This document shows positions 1-10,658 of a stretch of 29,763 bases of DNA, piece by piece (the first letter of the stretch is position 1; each line of letters starts with the position of its first letter). The notes under the pieces were generated by a model that had not been told where the DNA came from, searched no databases, and saw nothing but the letters and a program-made list of their open reading frames with translations. The position numbers and the translations under genes are program-made. The DNA lies in assembly GCF_006345805.1 (NCBI RefSeq), contig NW_021832880.1, positions 1 through 29,763 on the forward strand, read 5' to 3'. The stretch comes from Octopus sinensis. Lineage: Eukaryota.

Positions 1-89
1 GAATTTGCCAACTTTGATAAGTAATTATCGGAATTTGAACTCTAACGCACACCCAAGCGCACACATAATGCATACATGCGTGCGTACAT

Positions 90-1135
90 GTAAACATGCA
101 TGCGTTTATACGTACATATATGCATATATGCATGCATTCATAGGTATATGCAAACAACATACATGAATATATACATACAGATATGCATGCATAGATATAC
201 ATACATCAATGCATGCAAATATACATATATCTATGTATATATAGATATAGATATAGATAGATATAGATATAGATAGATAGATAGATAGATACATACATAC
301 ATACATACATACATACATTTATATATACATATATATACATATGTATATACATATGTATATATATATATATATATATATAGATACATACATACATACATAC
401 ATACATAAATACATACATACATATATATATACATATATATACATACATATGTATATACATGTGTATATATATTTATATATAGATAGATAAATACATACAT
501 CACATTATATATTATATAACATATATCTATAACCACACACATATATATATATTATATATATATATACACATAGTATATACATGTATGTATATATATATAT
601 GTTCACATATATATAATATATAATATATATATATAATATTTATATATATATATATATATCTATATATACGCCAGACATATATATAGTACGTAAGTATAAT
701 ATGTACTAATGTATTATATACATACATATACATGTATGTGTGTGTGAGCGTGTGTGTGTGTGTGTGTGCTTGTAAGATCACAAAAATCTACAAACATACA
801 CGCCTTGCACCTTAATTCGATTACTGACATATACCTGTACACAAACGCACAAAGCCACAGAGAGAAACATGTGCACAAACACACACACACACAAACACAC
901 ACACACATATGTACACACACACGGCATATACTTCCGTGGCGAGGTATACAAATATACATATAAGTATACATTGATAGTCAGATAATCAGCCATCCCATAA
1001 ATATATGTTCTCTTATTCATATGCATATACATACATACATATATAAATATATACAGTGTGTGAATGTATGTACGTATGTATATATATATATGTATATATA
1101 TGTATATATATATGTATATATATATACATACATAC

Positions 1136-1167
<32 letters not shown>

Positions 1168-1200
1168 ACATATATATATAAATACGTACATACACACACT
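90..1200. repeat. Compound microsatellite tract (TA, CA/GT, TAGA, TACA)
   Basis: Continuous mosaic of short tandem units; overlapping ORFs are Y/I/V/C/M low-complexity translations. Confidence 0.95.
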
Positions 1201-1591
1201 CGCGCGCAGATGCATATAGAAAAACAAATGCATGTATTTCAAAATGGTTGACCCTCCAGAGTTAAACTTAAATGCTATCTCGGAAAGGGTTTGGTACAAT
1301 CTCATTTAGGAAAATTCGAAGGCTATTTCTACTCATTAATATACTAAGAAACGAAACCTTCATGATTTCAGGCTTTTTTTTTTTAAAAAATTTTTGGGCT
1401 GTTATTAATATACACAGCACCCATATAATTAGATACATACACAGATATGGTGGTCAAGATGACCAGAACACACCGTTTCATGTATCGGTTCGTCTGTGTT
1501 TGAGATGTGTGTTTGCGAGTGCATTGTGCGTGCTCGTGCCTGTGTGTATAAGCGTGTGAGCACGTATTATTATGTATACTCATATATATAT

Positions 1592-1846
1592 GTGTCTTCT
1601 ACTATAGCCTCGGGCCGACCAAAGCCTTGTGAGTGGATTTGGTAGACGGAAACTGAAAGAAGCCCGTCGCATATATGTGAGTATGTTTGTGTGTCTGTGT
1701 TTGTTCCCGCAACTTAGCGGGTGTGTTTCCGTCCCCGTAACTTACCGGTTCGGCAAAAGAGACCGATAGGGGTCGATTTGTTCGACTAAAGGCGGTGCCC
1801 CATCATGGCCGCCGCCAAATGACTGAAACAAGTAAAGAGAGTAAAA
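1592..1846 (+). mobile_element. SINE family B, 5'-truncated copy
   Basis: gtcttctactatagcctcgggccgaccaaagccttgtgagtggatttggtagacggaaactgaaagaagcccgtcg...gactgaaacaagtaaagag aligns by eye to the reverse complement of 10000-10397. Confidence 0.85.
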
Positions 1847-2509
1847 AAAGTATATATATATATATATATATATATATACTTATATGTATATCTGTCTATG
1901 TATATAAGTATATACATTCAATAATCTGTGTGTGTGTGTGTGTGTGTTGTGTGTGTGTGTGTGTGTGTGCAATGATATAGGAAATGTTCTGTTTGACACA
2001 TGTATCTAATTGTATACTTGATATGTGTCTTTGGCAGTTCTCAATATCAGCCATCTTCTTTGATCAATACCATTCTGATATTTGCCATTCTGATATTTAC
2101 ATTTCTACAGTCATCGCAGCCGTGTAAAATCCATTTACAGAAAACGTGTGGCGACGGCGATGTTGAAGATGGCAGCGAAAATACAGAAAAGTTTTTAGGT
2201 GAAGTTGTTGATGATGGTGATGATAGCGGCGATAGTAATATTGGTAATGGGGTGGCGGCCGATGGTTGATTCTGTTAGGGGTATCTGTCATCTACCCAGA
2301 AATTAGAGCTGGAATGAAGCAGAAGGCAGATCCGACGGATAAACTAAAATGAAAGTGGAATATTTAGTTTGACATTAAATGGAAGGAGGAAATCAAGTTC
2401 TGCTCCGTAAGATGTTATAAATATTTATGGAACATCTCCGAATGACTCAGAGGAGCAGACTGAAGCTGTTTTCCTCTCTATTTATGTCTGTTTCCTGTCT
2501 TTTCGATAA

Positions 2510-2577
2510 TAATCTAGCTATCTATTTATCTATCTATCTTTATCTATTTACCTCTCTCTCTCTCTCTCCTCTCTCTC

Positions 2578-2622
<45 letters not shown>

Positions 2623-2735
2623 ATTTCTACCTATCTATCTATCTCTTCCCCTCTTCTCTCTCTCTCTCTATCTGTCTATCTATCAATCTATCCATTTATC
2701 TATCTATCTACCTCCCTATCTATCTATCTATTTAT

Positions 2736-2777
<42 letters not shown>

Positions 2778-2785
2778 CATGCTCG

Positions 2786-2816
<31 letters not shown>

Positions 2817-2825
2817 GCTATCTCT

Positions 2826-2862
<37 letters not shown>

Positions 2863-2997
2863 CTATCTCTTCCTCGCTCTCTCTATCTATCTATCTATCT
2901 ATCTAGCTATCTCTTCTCTCTCTCTCTCTATCTATCTATCTGACTGTCTATCTATCTGTCTATCAACCTACCTACCTCCTACCTACTTATCTATCTG

Positions 2998-3064
<67 letters not shown>

Positions 3065-3195
3065 ATGCCTGTCTGTCTGTCTGTCTGTCAATGTATCTAT
3101 CTCTCTACCTACCTATCTATCTCTTCCTCTCTTTCTCTCTCTGTTTCTCTCTGTTTCTCTCTCTCTCTCTCTATCTATCTATCTCTATCAATCTA
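2510..3195. repeat. (TATC)n/(TC)n compound microsatellite
   Basis: Alternating TATC and TC blocks seen directly. Confidence 0.95.
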
Positions 3196-3683
3196 TACAT
3201 TTATGCATTTATCAGTCTATTTAGCCATCTGTATAATTTTCAATATATCTTTCTACCTCTGTACCTCACACCACCTATGTATCCCCCACCCCTGTCTATT
3301 TCTCTAGATATACCGGTCTTCTTTTCGCCCGATTTGCTGGATATAACGTAGAGTTGTTAAGAATAAATTTACTACTGTCGTTGATGTATATTTAACATTC
3401 TGAAACAAAATCCAATTAGTAAGAACGTTAAACTGCACGATTACCAACTAATCAATATTTGGAAGTATATATCCATGTGTAAAATATCATTTCTATGGAG
3501 ATAGAATGCATAGTTTTTGTAACAATATTGACAGGTAAATTAAGTCTATCATTTCGATTCAAATATTTGATTTGTAACTCACTGAAAACAGAAACGATGA
3601 AATATGAAGTCCACCTTCGCAGGAATTGAACTCGGGACGTAAAGTGACACCTGCTGGTTAATTGCAGAATGATATTCTGTGAA

Positions 3684-3732
3684 GCAGCTCACCTGCGACG
3701 GACCGGCGTCCCGTCCAGGTGGGAAACCTATA
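3684..3732 (+). mobile_element. SINE 3'-module fragment (V-domain-like)
   Basis: cagctcacctgcgacggaccggcgtcccgtccaggtgggaaacctata is homologous to 7318-7365. Confidence 0.6.
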
Positions 3733-3786
3733 CTCCACCGAGGCTCACTTTGCTTTTCAGCCTTTGGGAAGAGATAAGATACAGTA

Positions 3787-4200
3787 GGCGGCGAGCTGGC
3801 AGAATCGTTAGCACGTCGGGCGAAATGCTTAGCGGTATTTCGGCTGCCGTTACGTTCTGAGTTCAAATTCCGCCGAGGTCGACTTTGCCTTTCATCCTTT
3901 CGGGGTCGATAAATTAAGTACCAGTTAAGCACTGGGATCGATATAATCGACTTAATACCTATGTCTGTCCATGTTTGTCCCCCCTGTGTTTAGCCCCTTG
4001 TGGGTAATAAAGAAATAGGTATTTCGTCTGCCGTTACGTTTTCAGTTCAAATTCCGCCGAGGTTTACTTTGCCTTTTATCCTTTCGGGGTCGATAAATTA
4101 TGTGCCAGTTACGCACTGGGGTCGATATAATCGACCTAATCCCTTTGTTTGTCCTTGTTCGTCCCCTCTATGTTTAGCCCCTTGTGGGCAATAAAAAAAA
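3787..4200 (+). mobile_element. SINE family A, head-to-tail dimer (3787-4017 and 4018-4200)
   Basis: tRNA-like A box (TGGCAGAATCGTTAG) and B box (GAGTTCAAATTCC), core gaggtcgactttgcctttcatcctttcggggtcgataaa, tail gccccttgtgggtaataaagaaata; second unit lacks the A box. Confidence 0.9.
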
Positions 4201-4300
4201 TAAGATACATTACCTACAAATCACTGGCACTGGGATCGATATCATCCACTTGCCCTCTCTTCACCAAAATCTCTGGCCTTGTACCAAAATGTGATGCCAA

Positions 4301-4550
4301 AGGCAACGAGCTGGCGTAATCATTAGAGCGTCTGACAAAATGTCAAGTGGTATGTCTTCTAGCTCTCTATGCTCTGAGTTCAAAACTGATCCCTCTTTCC
4401 ACCGACGTCAACTTAACCTTTCATCGCTCGGGGTCGTTAAATTACAGTGCCAGTTCAGTACAAGGGTCGACAGCTTCAGCTAACTGTTCTCTCCTCAAAT
4501 GTTCTGGCATTGTGCCTACATTAGAGGCAATTAACGTTACGGTCAAACGA
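4301..4550 (+). mobile_element. SINE family A, older diverged copy
   Basis: ggcaacgagctggcgtaatcattag...ctgagttcaaa...cctttcatcgctcggggtcg matches the family A head and core; alternative tail. Confidence 0.7.
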
Positions 4551-4574
4551 TCGTTTGAAAATTTAAAATAAGGT

Positions 4575-4735
4575 CACTAGTGCAAGAGTGGGGTTGGTCG
4601 ATTATATCGATTCCAACACTTGACTGGGACTCTCATTTTATTGACCCCGAGAGGATGAAAAGGAAGGTTAATCTCAGTAGGATTTGCACACGGAACATAA
4701 CGCACTGGAAATGTTGCCTAGCATTTTTTTTCGGT
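4575..4735 (-). mobile_element. SINE family A, older diverged copy (inverted relative to neighbours)
   Basis: ttgaccccgagaggatgaaaaggaaggttaatctcagtaggatttg is the reverse complement of a decayed core. Confidence 0.65.
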
Positions 4736-4947
4736 GCATTAACGTTTTTATTAACTAATTGCTTTATTAGTATAAAACAGTAATAATTATTATAATAAGG
4801 TAATAGCAAATATACATAACGGTTTATGAGTATTTATAATAGCGAGAGCGCACTTAACTTTTATTTCAATAAACATCATATATATATGAAAGAGAAAGAA
4901 AGGAACGATATTGAATTGTCGACTTCTGTTTACATGACAGGTCTATA

Positions 4948-4948
<1 letters not shown>

Positions 4949-4978
<30 letters not shown>

Positions 4979-5056
4979 TGTATGTATGTATGTATGTATG
5001 TATGTATGTATGTATGTATGTATGTATGTATGTATGTATGTATGTATGTATGTATG
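4949..5056. repeat. Perfect (TATG)27
   Basis: 108 bp of uninterrupted TATG units, counted from the sequence. Confidence 0.95.
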
Positions 5057-5062
5057 TTTATG

Positions 5063-5612
5063 TCAGGTCACTTTTGAGTGCTACTGGTAACATGTAACCC
5101 AGTACAACCTGTTGCATGGTCGGGTCGTCGGCGACTAAACTGGCAACCCCACCAAGCTTGCTTGGTGAGGAGGGTGTTTATTGGACACCCTGCGGGATGA
5201 AAAACAAACCGTCAAAGGGCGAAGGAACTGTTGAGAGTCAACGGCCATCCAATAATTGTCTTAAGGCTGTATCATGCGCGGGGACATAGAAATAATCGGA
5301 CTGAATACCCGATCGCGCAGTTAAACCATTGGGAGTGAAGGACTCCTAGCCTTTGCTAGGGCATCCTTCTAGGAGAAGGTAACTCAGGTAACTGGGATAA
5401 CTCCGACATAAAACCTGCAGCTCAGTGGTTACCGATGATGTTGACTTGTACTTCTTTTCGGATTATGGCTGCTGTTGCTTAGTGAGTGGGATTCACTCAG
5501 TGCACAGCCTTTCCTCACTTTAAAAAAATCTTCTTGCACAGGCATTGCATGATAACAACATTGATTAAGCTTCGTGCAATGGCCATACTCGATAACGGGG
5601 AGCAGCCACCAT
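5063..5612 (+). mobile_element. Putative non-autonomous RTE-related retroelement (~550 bp) embedded in (TATG)n
   Basis: GC-richer non-coding block with sharp edges between TATG repeats. It has many hairpins, a tctaggagaaggtaactc motif resembling RTE 5' UTRs as I recall them, and a 3' stem-loop followed by an (ATGT)n tail. Confidence 0.6.
5066..5143 (+). ncRNA. Candidate HDV-like self-cleaving ribozyme (imperfect)
   Basis: Hand fold: P2 CCAGU(5099-5103)/ACUGG(5139-5143); P1.1 CC(5108-5109)/GG(5122-5123); P4 UCG-UCGG-CGA; J4/2 CUAA(5135-5138). P1 GGUCA(5066-5070)/UGGUC(5117-5121) has two G-U pairs; P3 is only 2 of 3 bp. Confidence 0.35.
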
Positions 5613-6439
5613 GTATGTATGTATACGTGTGAGTGTGTTTTTGTGTGCGTGCGTGTGTCTGTGTGTGTGGAGGGATGTAAGTGTGTGGATGTGTACTAAA
5701 ACGTGCACACAGAGTTCTTCATTGATTTAAAGGGAATAGTGATAAAGATCCTACAGGTTCTACATTTTCAAGGACCTGGCACCAAATACCTATATTGATA
5801 ACTTTGTCTTCAACGTGTGTTTAAAATTAATGCAATACTCGGAATAATTCCGAGATCCAATAAAACTTCAAATTATAAACAAATGATAATCATCAAAATG
5901 AATGACAACAGTAAATGGACAGGCTTCATTTTTAATTAATACATTCGCCATTATGTTTCTCTATTTCGATCTATTAAACTCATCATACAATAATAACTGA
6001 GTTTAATTGTTATTTTGCTCATAAATGAGATCGGTTGAACGAATCGGATTATTGATAATACATTACAGACACTGTAATAATTACTATCTCCATTAAATCA
6101 AATCGGATTTTTAAACAGGTAAGAAGAATTTTATTGTATACAGTTTCCACTCTAGCCTTTTGCCGTTAGCACAAATAACAAGCTTAAATCAATATGGTTA
6201 CATTTTCTAAATTACACCACACAAACAAATTATATTATATTAACATTGTGTATCAAGAAAGAACATCTAAGTTGCACATTAAAGTTGCTGAAGAAATAAT
6301 GCTACATTTCAGACTATTTGCGTTTTATTTTGGCATATCAGATTTTTAGATTAGGTTCGGCTTAAAACGAATGCAGAACCGGCAAATGAGATGTAAGGCC
6401 ATTAAGATTTACCACTTAAATTATTGAGGCTAAGTACCG

Positions 6440-7140
6440 CCCATCCATCCATCCATCCATCTTCTACGCTCACTATTCATTGGAAGATCACGGTTGAAGT
6501 AGCCTCAGGTACCGCGTCTATAGGCTACAATCAGAAGCAACAGCCATTACACATTCCGGTTGAGGAATTCCAACTATATTTTGTGGATCGCTACCTCAAC
6601 AACTCCTTTATAGGATCCAGTGGCTTAGGACATCATCAGGAGGAACCACGTCTGGTTTCCGTCCCCTACTCTTTTATCGTTTTCGAGTGGCGGAGACGTG
6701 TCTTTCAGAGGTACATTCAGCTCTGGTGTTGAGTGCGTTTTTTTCTCCTTTCATTCTCAGGCATAATAAACTGAGACAATAGATATTAACCAATCATCAC
6801 CCCCTTGGTCTCCCTCTTGATCTTCTGCCAGTTGGCTCTGCTTCAAGAGTCCTTATTGCGATTCTTTCCTGCGACATCTTAATGACATGTCCGTATTACT
6901 GGAGCTGTGGCCTCTCAATGAGGAGAAATAGCGGTTTGACATGGGAGAGACTCACTGACATTCGAGCTGCGCATTCTGTCAAGTAACGTTATTCCAGTGA
7001 CCCTTCAAAGGAACCCTATTTCGGCTATTGTCTACCAGGGTTGATATTTTAAATGACTCAGACACGTCGACTAATATGTAAACATCAATCTTTGGTAAAA
7101 TAATAGGGATACTGAAGAGCAATATTGTACTTTCGAGAAA
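6440..7140 (-). pseudogene. RTE-clade LINE 3' remnant with (GATG)n tail
   Basis: Minus-strand translation with stops and frameshifts gives AEIGFL*RVTGITLLDRMRSS...LIERPQLQ*YGHVIKMSQERIAIRTLEAEPTGRRSRGRPRG, the RTE C-terminal motif (LRWFGHVxRM...GKRPRGRP). It ends in (ATGG)n at 6440-6461. Confidence 0.85.
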
Positions 7141-7164
7141 ATTGTCTGACGCCATACCACAAAT

Positions 7165-7425
7165 GGTCGAGGAATCGCGGGCTCGGATCTCAGACCGGGT
7201 GATGTGTGTGTTTATGAGCAAAATACCTAAGCTCCACGCGGCTCCGGCAGAAGGTAATGGCGAACTCCTGCTGACTCTTTCGCCACAACTTTCTCTCACT
7301 CTTTCCTCCGGCATCTAGCAGCTCAGCTGAGACGGATAGGCGTCCCGTCGAGGTGGGGAACCTATGCGCCAAAGAAACCGGGAAACCAGCCCTTATGAGC
7401 CAGGCGTGGCTCGAAAAGGAAAAAC
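7165..7425 (+). mobile_element. SINE with family D head/body and V-like 3' module
   Basis: 7165-7310 matches the reverse complement of about 23100-23250; 7318-7425 matches 3684-3732 rather than the family C/D tail. Confidence 0.75.
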
Positions 7426-7568
7426 AATACCACAAATAGTTTACAAGTCAATAAAAGGAGTTCTTACAATCAACCAGTCAATATAGACCTAACGACCAAA
7501 CATTAATGTGTATGGTGTGTATATGTTTTATCTCATAGTCCTTGGAAGAACAGGGCTTCAGTGGGCTG

Positions 7569-7990
7569 CATATTGAGTACTGCATGCTTTACGAATTTCG
7601 TAAGGGCAACAATGTAACACATGCAAGGGAAAAACATACGCAGTGTATATCTTGATGGTGAGTATTCTGAAATGCCAAGGGTAGCTTACCAAATTATAAA
7701 AAAAAAACAGGCGATTTCGATCTTTTGACTATTTATCGATCAGGAGAGCCAAGTGTTCTCAATAATGACACAGATAAAACAGCAACTAAAGATAATCCGC
7801 TTCAAAGTATCAGGGATTTATTCTGGAGACCAAGTAAATCTTAATCCATTCTGTAAGATCGTTCCAAGCGGATTTGGAAGTGGTTATGTCTTCCTGCAAC
7901 ATAATTATGCAGGGCCACGTTCAGCGTAGAAGGCCCGAGACGAGAGAAATCCATTCGGCTGACAAGCTCTACCACACTCTCCCCTATATA
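7569..7990 (+). pseudogene. Decayed, internally deleted mariner transposase
   Basis: HIEYCMLYEFRKGNN; GDFDLLTIYRSGEP...DNPLQSIRDL; VFLQHNYAGPRSA; FG*QALPHSP. These match mariner N-terminal HTH, LQHDNARPH and LGWEVLPHPPY motifs, with frameshifts and stops. Confidence 0.8.
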
Positions 7991-8605
7991 TGTATGCATG
8001 TACGTATGTATGCATGGATGGATGGATGGATGCTTCAATGTGTGTATGTATGCATATATGTGTATTTGTATGTATGGATGGATGTATATTTGTACGTACG
8101 TATGTATGTATGTATGTATGTATGTATGTATGTATGTATGTATGTATGTATGTATGTATGTATGTATAGATGTGTATACGTAGATGGCCCGAATCAAGAC
8201 AAATTCATTCGGCTAAGAAGCTCTACCATACCCCCTGTATATATATGTATGCATGTACGTATGTATAAATGTATGCATGCATGTTTGTATGTATGGATGG
8301 ATGGATGGATGGATGTATGTTTGAATGTGTGTATGTATGCATGTATGTGTATTTGTATGCATGAATGTATATTTGTACATATGTATGTGTATACGCATGC
8401 ATATATTCATATATGCATGTATGTATATATGTATGCATGTATGTATGCATGCGTGCCTGCATGTATGTATTATGTATGCACGTATGTATGCCTGCATGCA
8501 TGTATCCATGCATGTATGTATGTATGTAATCATGTATGTATGTAATCATGTATGTATGTAATCATGTATGTATGTAATCATGTATGTATGCATGTATGTA
8601 TGTAT
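7925..8605. repeat. Old ~254-bp tandem duplication plus (ATGT/ATGG)n tract
   Basis: cgtagaaggcccga...attcggctgacaagctctaccac (7925) recurs as cgtagatggcccga...attcggctaagaagctctaccat (8179); a 16-bp unit ATCATGTATGTATGTA occurs about 4 times near 8530-8590. Confidence 0.8.
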
Positions 8606-8808
8606 TTCTGATTTCGAATTCCACCGAGGTCGCCTTTGCATCTCGTCTATTCGATGGATTCGATAAAATAATACCAGTTGAAGACTAGTGTTGAAGCAAC
8701 CGTTTTATCCTCCCCCGCCCCCGTAACTACTGGCCTTATGCCAAAATTTAAAATCAATATTTGTTTGTTTGAGAATGTTTGTGTATGTATGTGTGTGTGT
8801 GAATGAGT

Positions 8809-8843
<35 letters not shown>

Positions 8844-8844
<1 letters not shown>

Positions 8845-9501
8845 AAGGTATCCACAAAGTCACACACTATGGGAGATATCAAGTATGCTTTATTAGCAAT
8901 GAAGTAGGCAATCCATTACAAATGTTCGAAGTGTTGGCCATGTAGTTCTAAACAAGTGTTTATACGGAATTTCAAATTGCGATGAACCCTCTCAAATAGC
9001 TCTTCATTGCCGTTGACTTGTTCACACGCTTCGATAATTCTTTGAAGAAGATGTCCTTGGTCACGAAACTTTTCAGAATACACGAGGGATCTAATGTAGC
9101 CCCAGAAGAAAAAAAGTCCATGCGAGTTAAATCTGGTGTCCGTAGTGCTCATTGGTGTCCGTGGTGCTCATGATTGGAAAATGGTCATTCAGAAAATCAC
9201 GAACCTATAATGCGTGATGGGGCTCCGCCCCCATCCAGCTGTGAACGGATAGGATTTCCCCTTCCAAGTGAATGCACGTGAAGCATCATCTTGTTGCTGA
9301 GCATGTCCAGATACGAATTACGTGTCAAAATGAAACGGTGCAGTTACTTGATTGCGCCAAATCCTATAACACACCCTTACCTTGCCCCCCTCGCCCCACC
9401 TTGTTGACTATCTACCTCCAACCAATGAGGATTGATTTGTGCGTAATGTTAATAGCACTTTTACATAATGGTGGCTGATGCGTGACTTTATGGTCACCCT
9501 G
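8844..9501 (-). mobile_element. Internally deleted Tc1/mariner element, rosa/DD41D-like
   Basis: TA flanks (8842-8843, 9502-9503). TIRs CAAGGTATCCACAAAGTCAC and CAGGGTGACCATAAAGTCAC match at 16/20. Minus strand gives YLDML...QLDGAEPHHAL*VRDFLNDHFP...PDLTRMDFF/FWGYIRSLVY...CLELHGQHFEHL*. Confidence 0.85.
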
Positions 9502-9736
9502 TATATATATATGTATACACTCATACCTAGAGACCAATATGTACATATATATACATTCACATTTACTTACCCCCCATATATATATATATGTATGTATGTA
9601 TGTATATAATTATGAGAAATAACCTCTATTAAGCAATTCAATAGTGAAAGACTTTAACTATATCATATAGGAAAATTTTAATATACTATAATAAATATTA
9701 TTCAAAAAATCACTGAATGAAATAAACATTAAATTG

Positions 9737-9999
<263 letters not shown>

Positions 10000-10189
10000 A
10001 CTCTTTTATTCTTTTATTTTGTTTCAGTCATTTGACTGCGGCCATGCTAGAGCACCACCTTTAGTCGAACAAATCAACCTCCAGAACTTATGCTAGTACT
10101 TATTCTATCGGTCTATTTTGCCGCTAAGTTACGGGGGCCTTAAACATACCAGCATCGGTTGTCAAGCGATGGTGGGGGGACAAACACAG

Positions 10190-10246
<57 letters not shown>

Positions 10247-10397
10247 CGACGGGCTTCTTTCAGTTTCCGTCTATCAAATCCACTCACAAGTCTTTGGTTG
10301 ACCCGAAGCTATAGTAGAAGACACTTGTACAAGTTGCCACGCAGTAGGACTGAACCCGGAACCACGTGGTTGGTATGCAAGCTACTTCCCACACAGC
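10000..10397 (-). mobile_element. SINE family B, near full length, with internal (CA)n(TA)n
   Basis: Reverse complement starts gctgtgtgggaagtagc...ccgggttcagtcc (tRNA-like), then caagtgtcttctactatag, an internal microsatellite at ~10190-10246 and a gaataaaagag tail. Confidence 0.85.
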
Positions 10398-10624
10398 GTA
10401 AACCTTTAAACCTATACTTACTAACTCAAAGGGAAGCTACCATTAGCCGCTTTTTAAATAAAAGAATTACACAACCACAACTTCAACCGTTGTTGAATCT
10501 GGAATTTTGGTGGCACACCTATTTCTGCACTCAGAGCACATGCGCATTAGTTTGTGTCATCCTGACGTAAACTCCACATAGTCTCTCTCTCTTTCTCTTT
10601 CTCTCTCTCTCTCCCTCTCTGTAT

Positions 10625-10658
<34 letters not shown>

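Noticed and set aside
2029-2259. Ser/Pro-rich minus-strand frame (NQPSAATPLPILLSPLSSPSS...EDG*)
   Set aside because: Derived partly from decayed GAT/GGC triplets, with no convincing splice context or homology.
6069-6118. Micro-exon candidate DTVIITISIKSNRIFKQ with a CAG/GTAAGA donor
   Set aside because: Weak acceptor and AT-rich; such sites are expected by chance in 30 kb.
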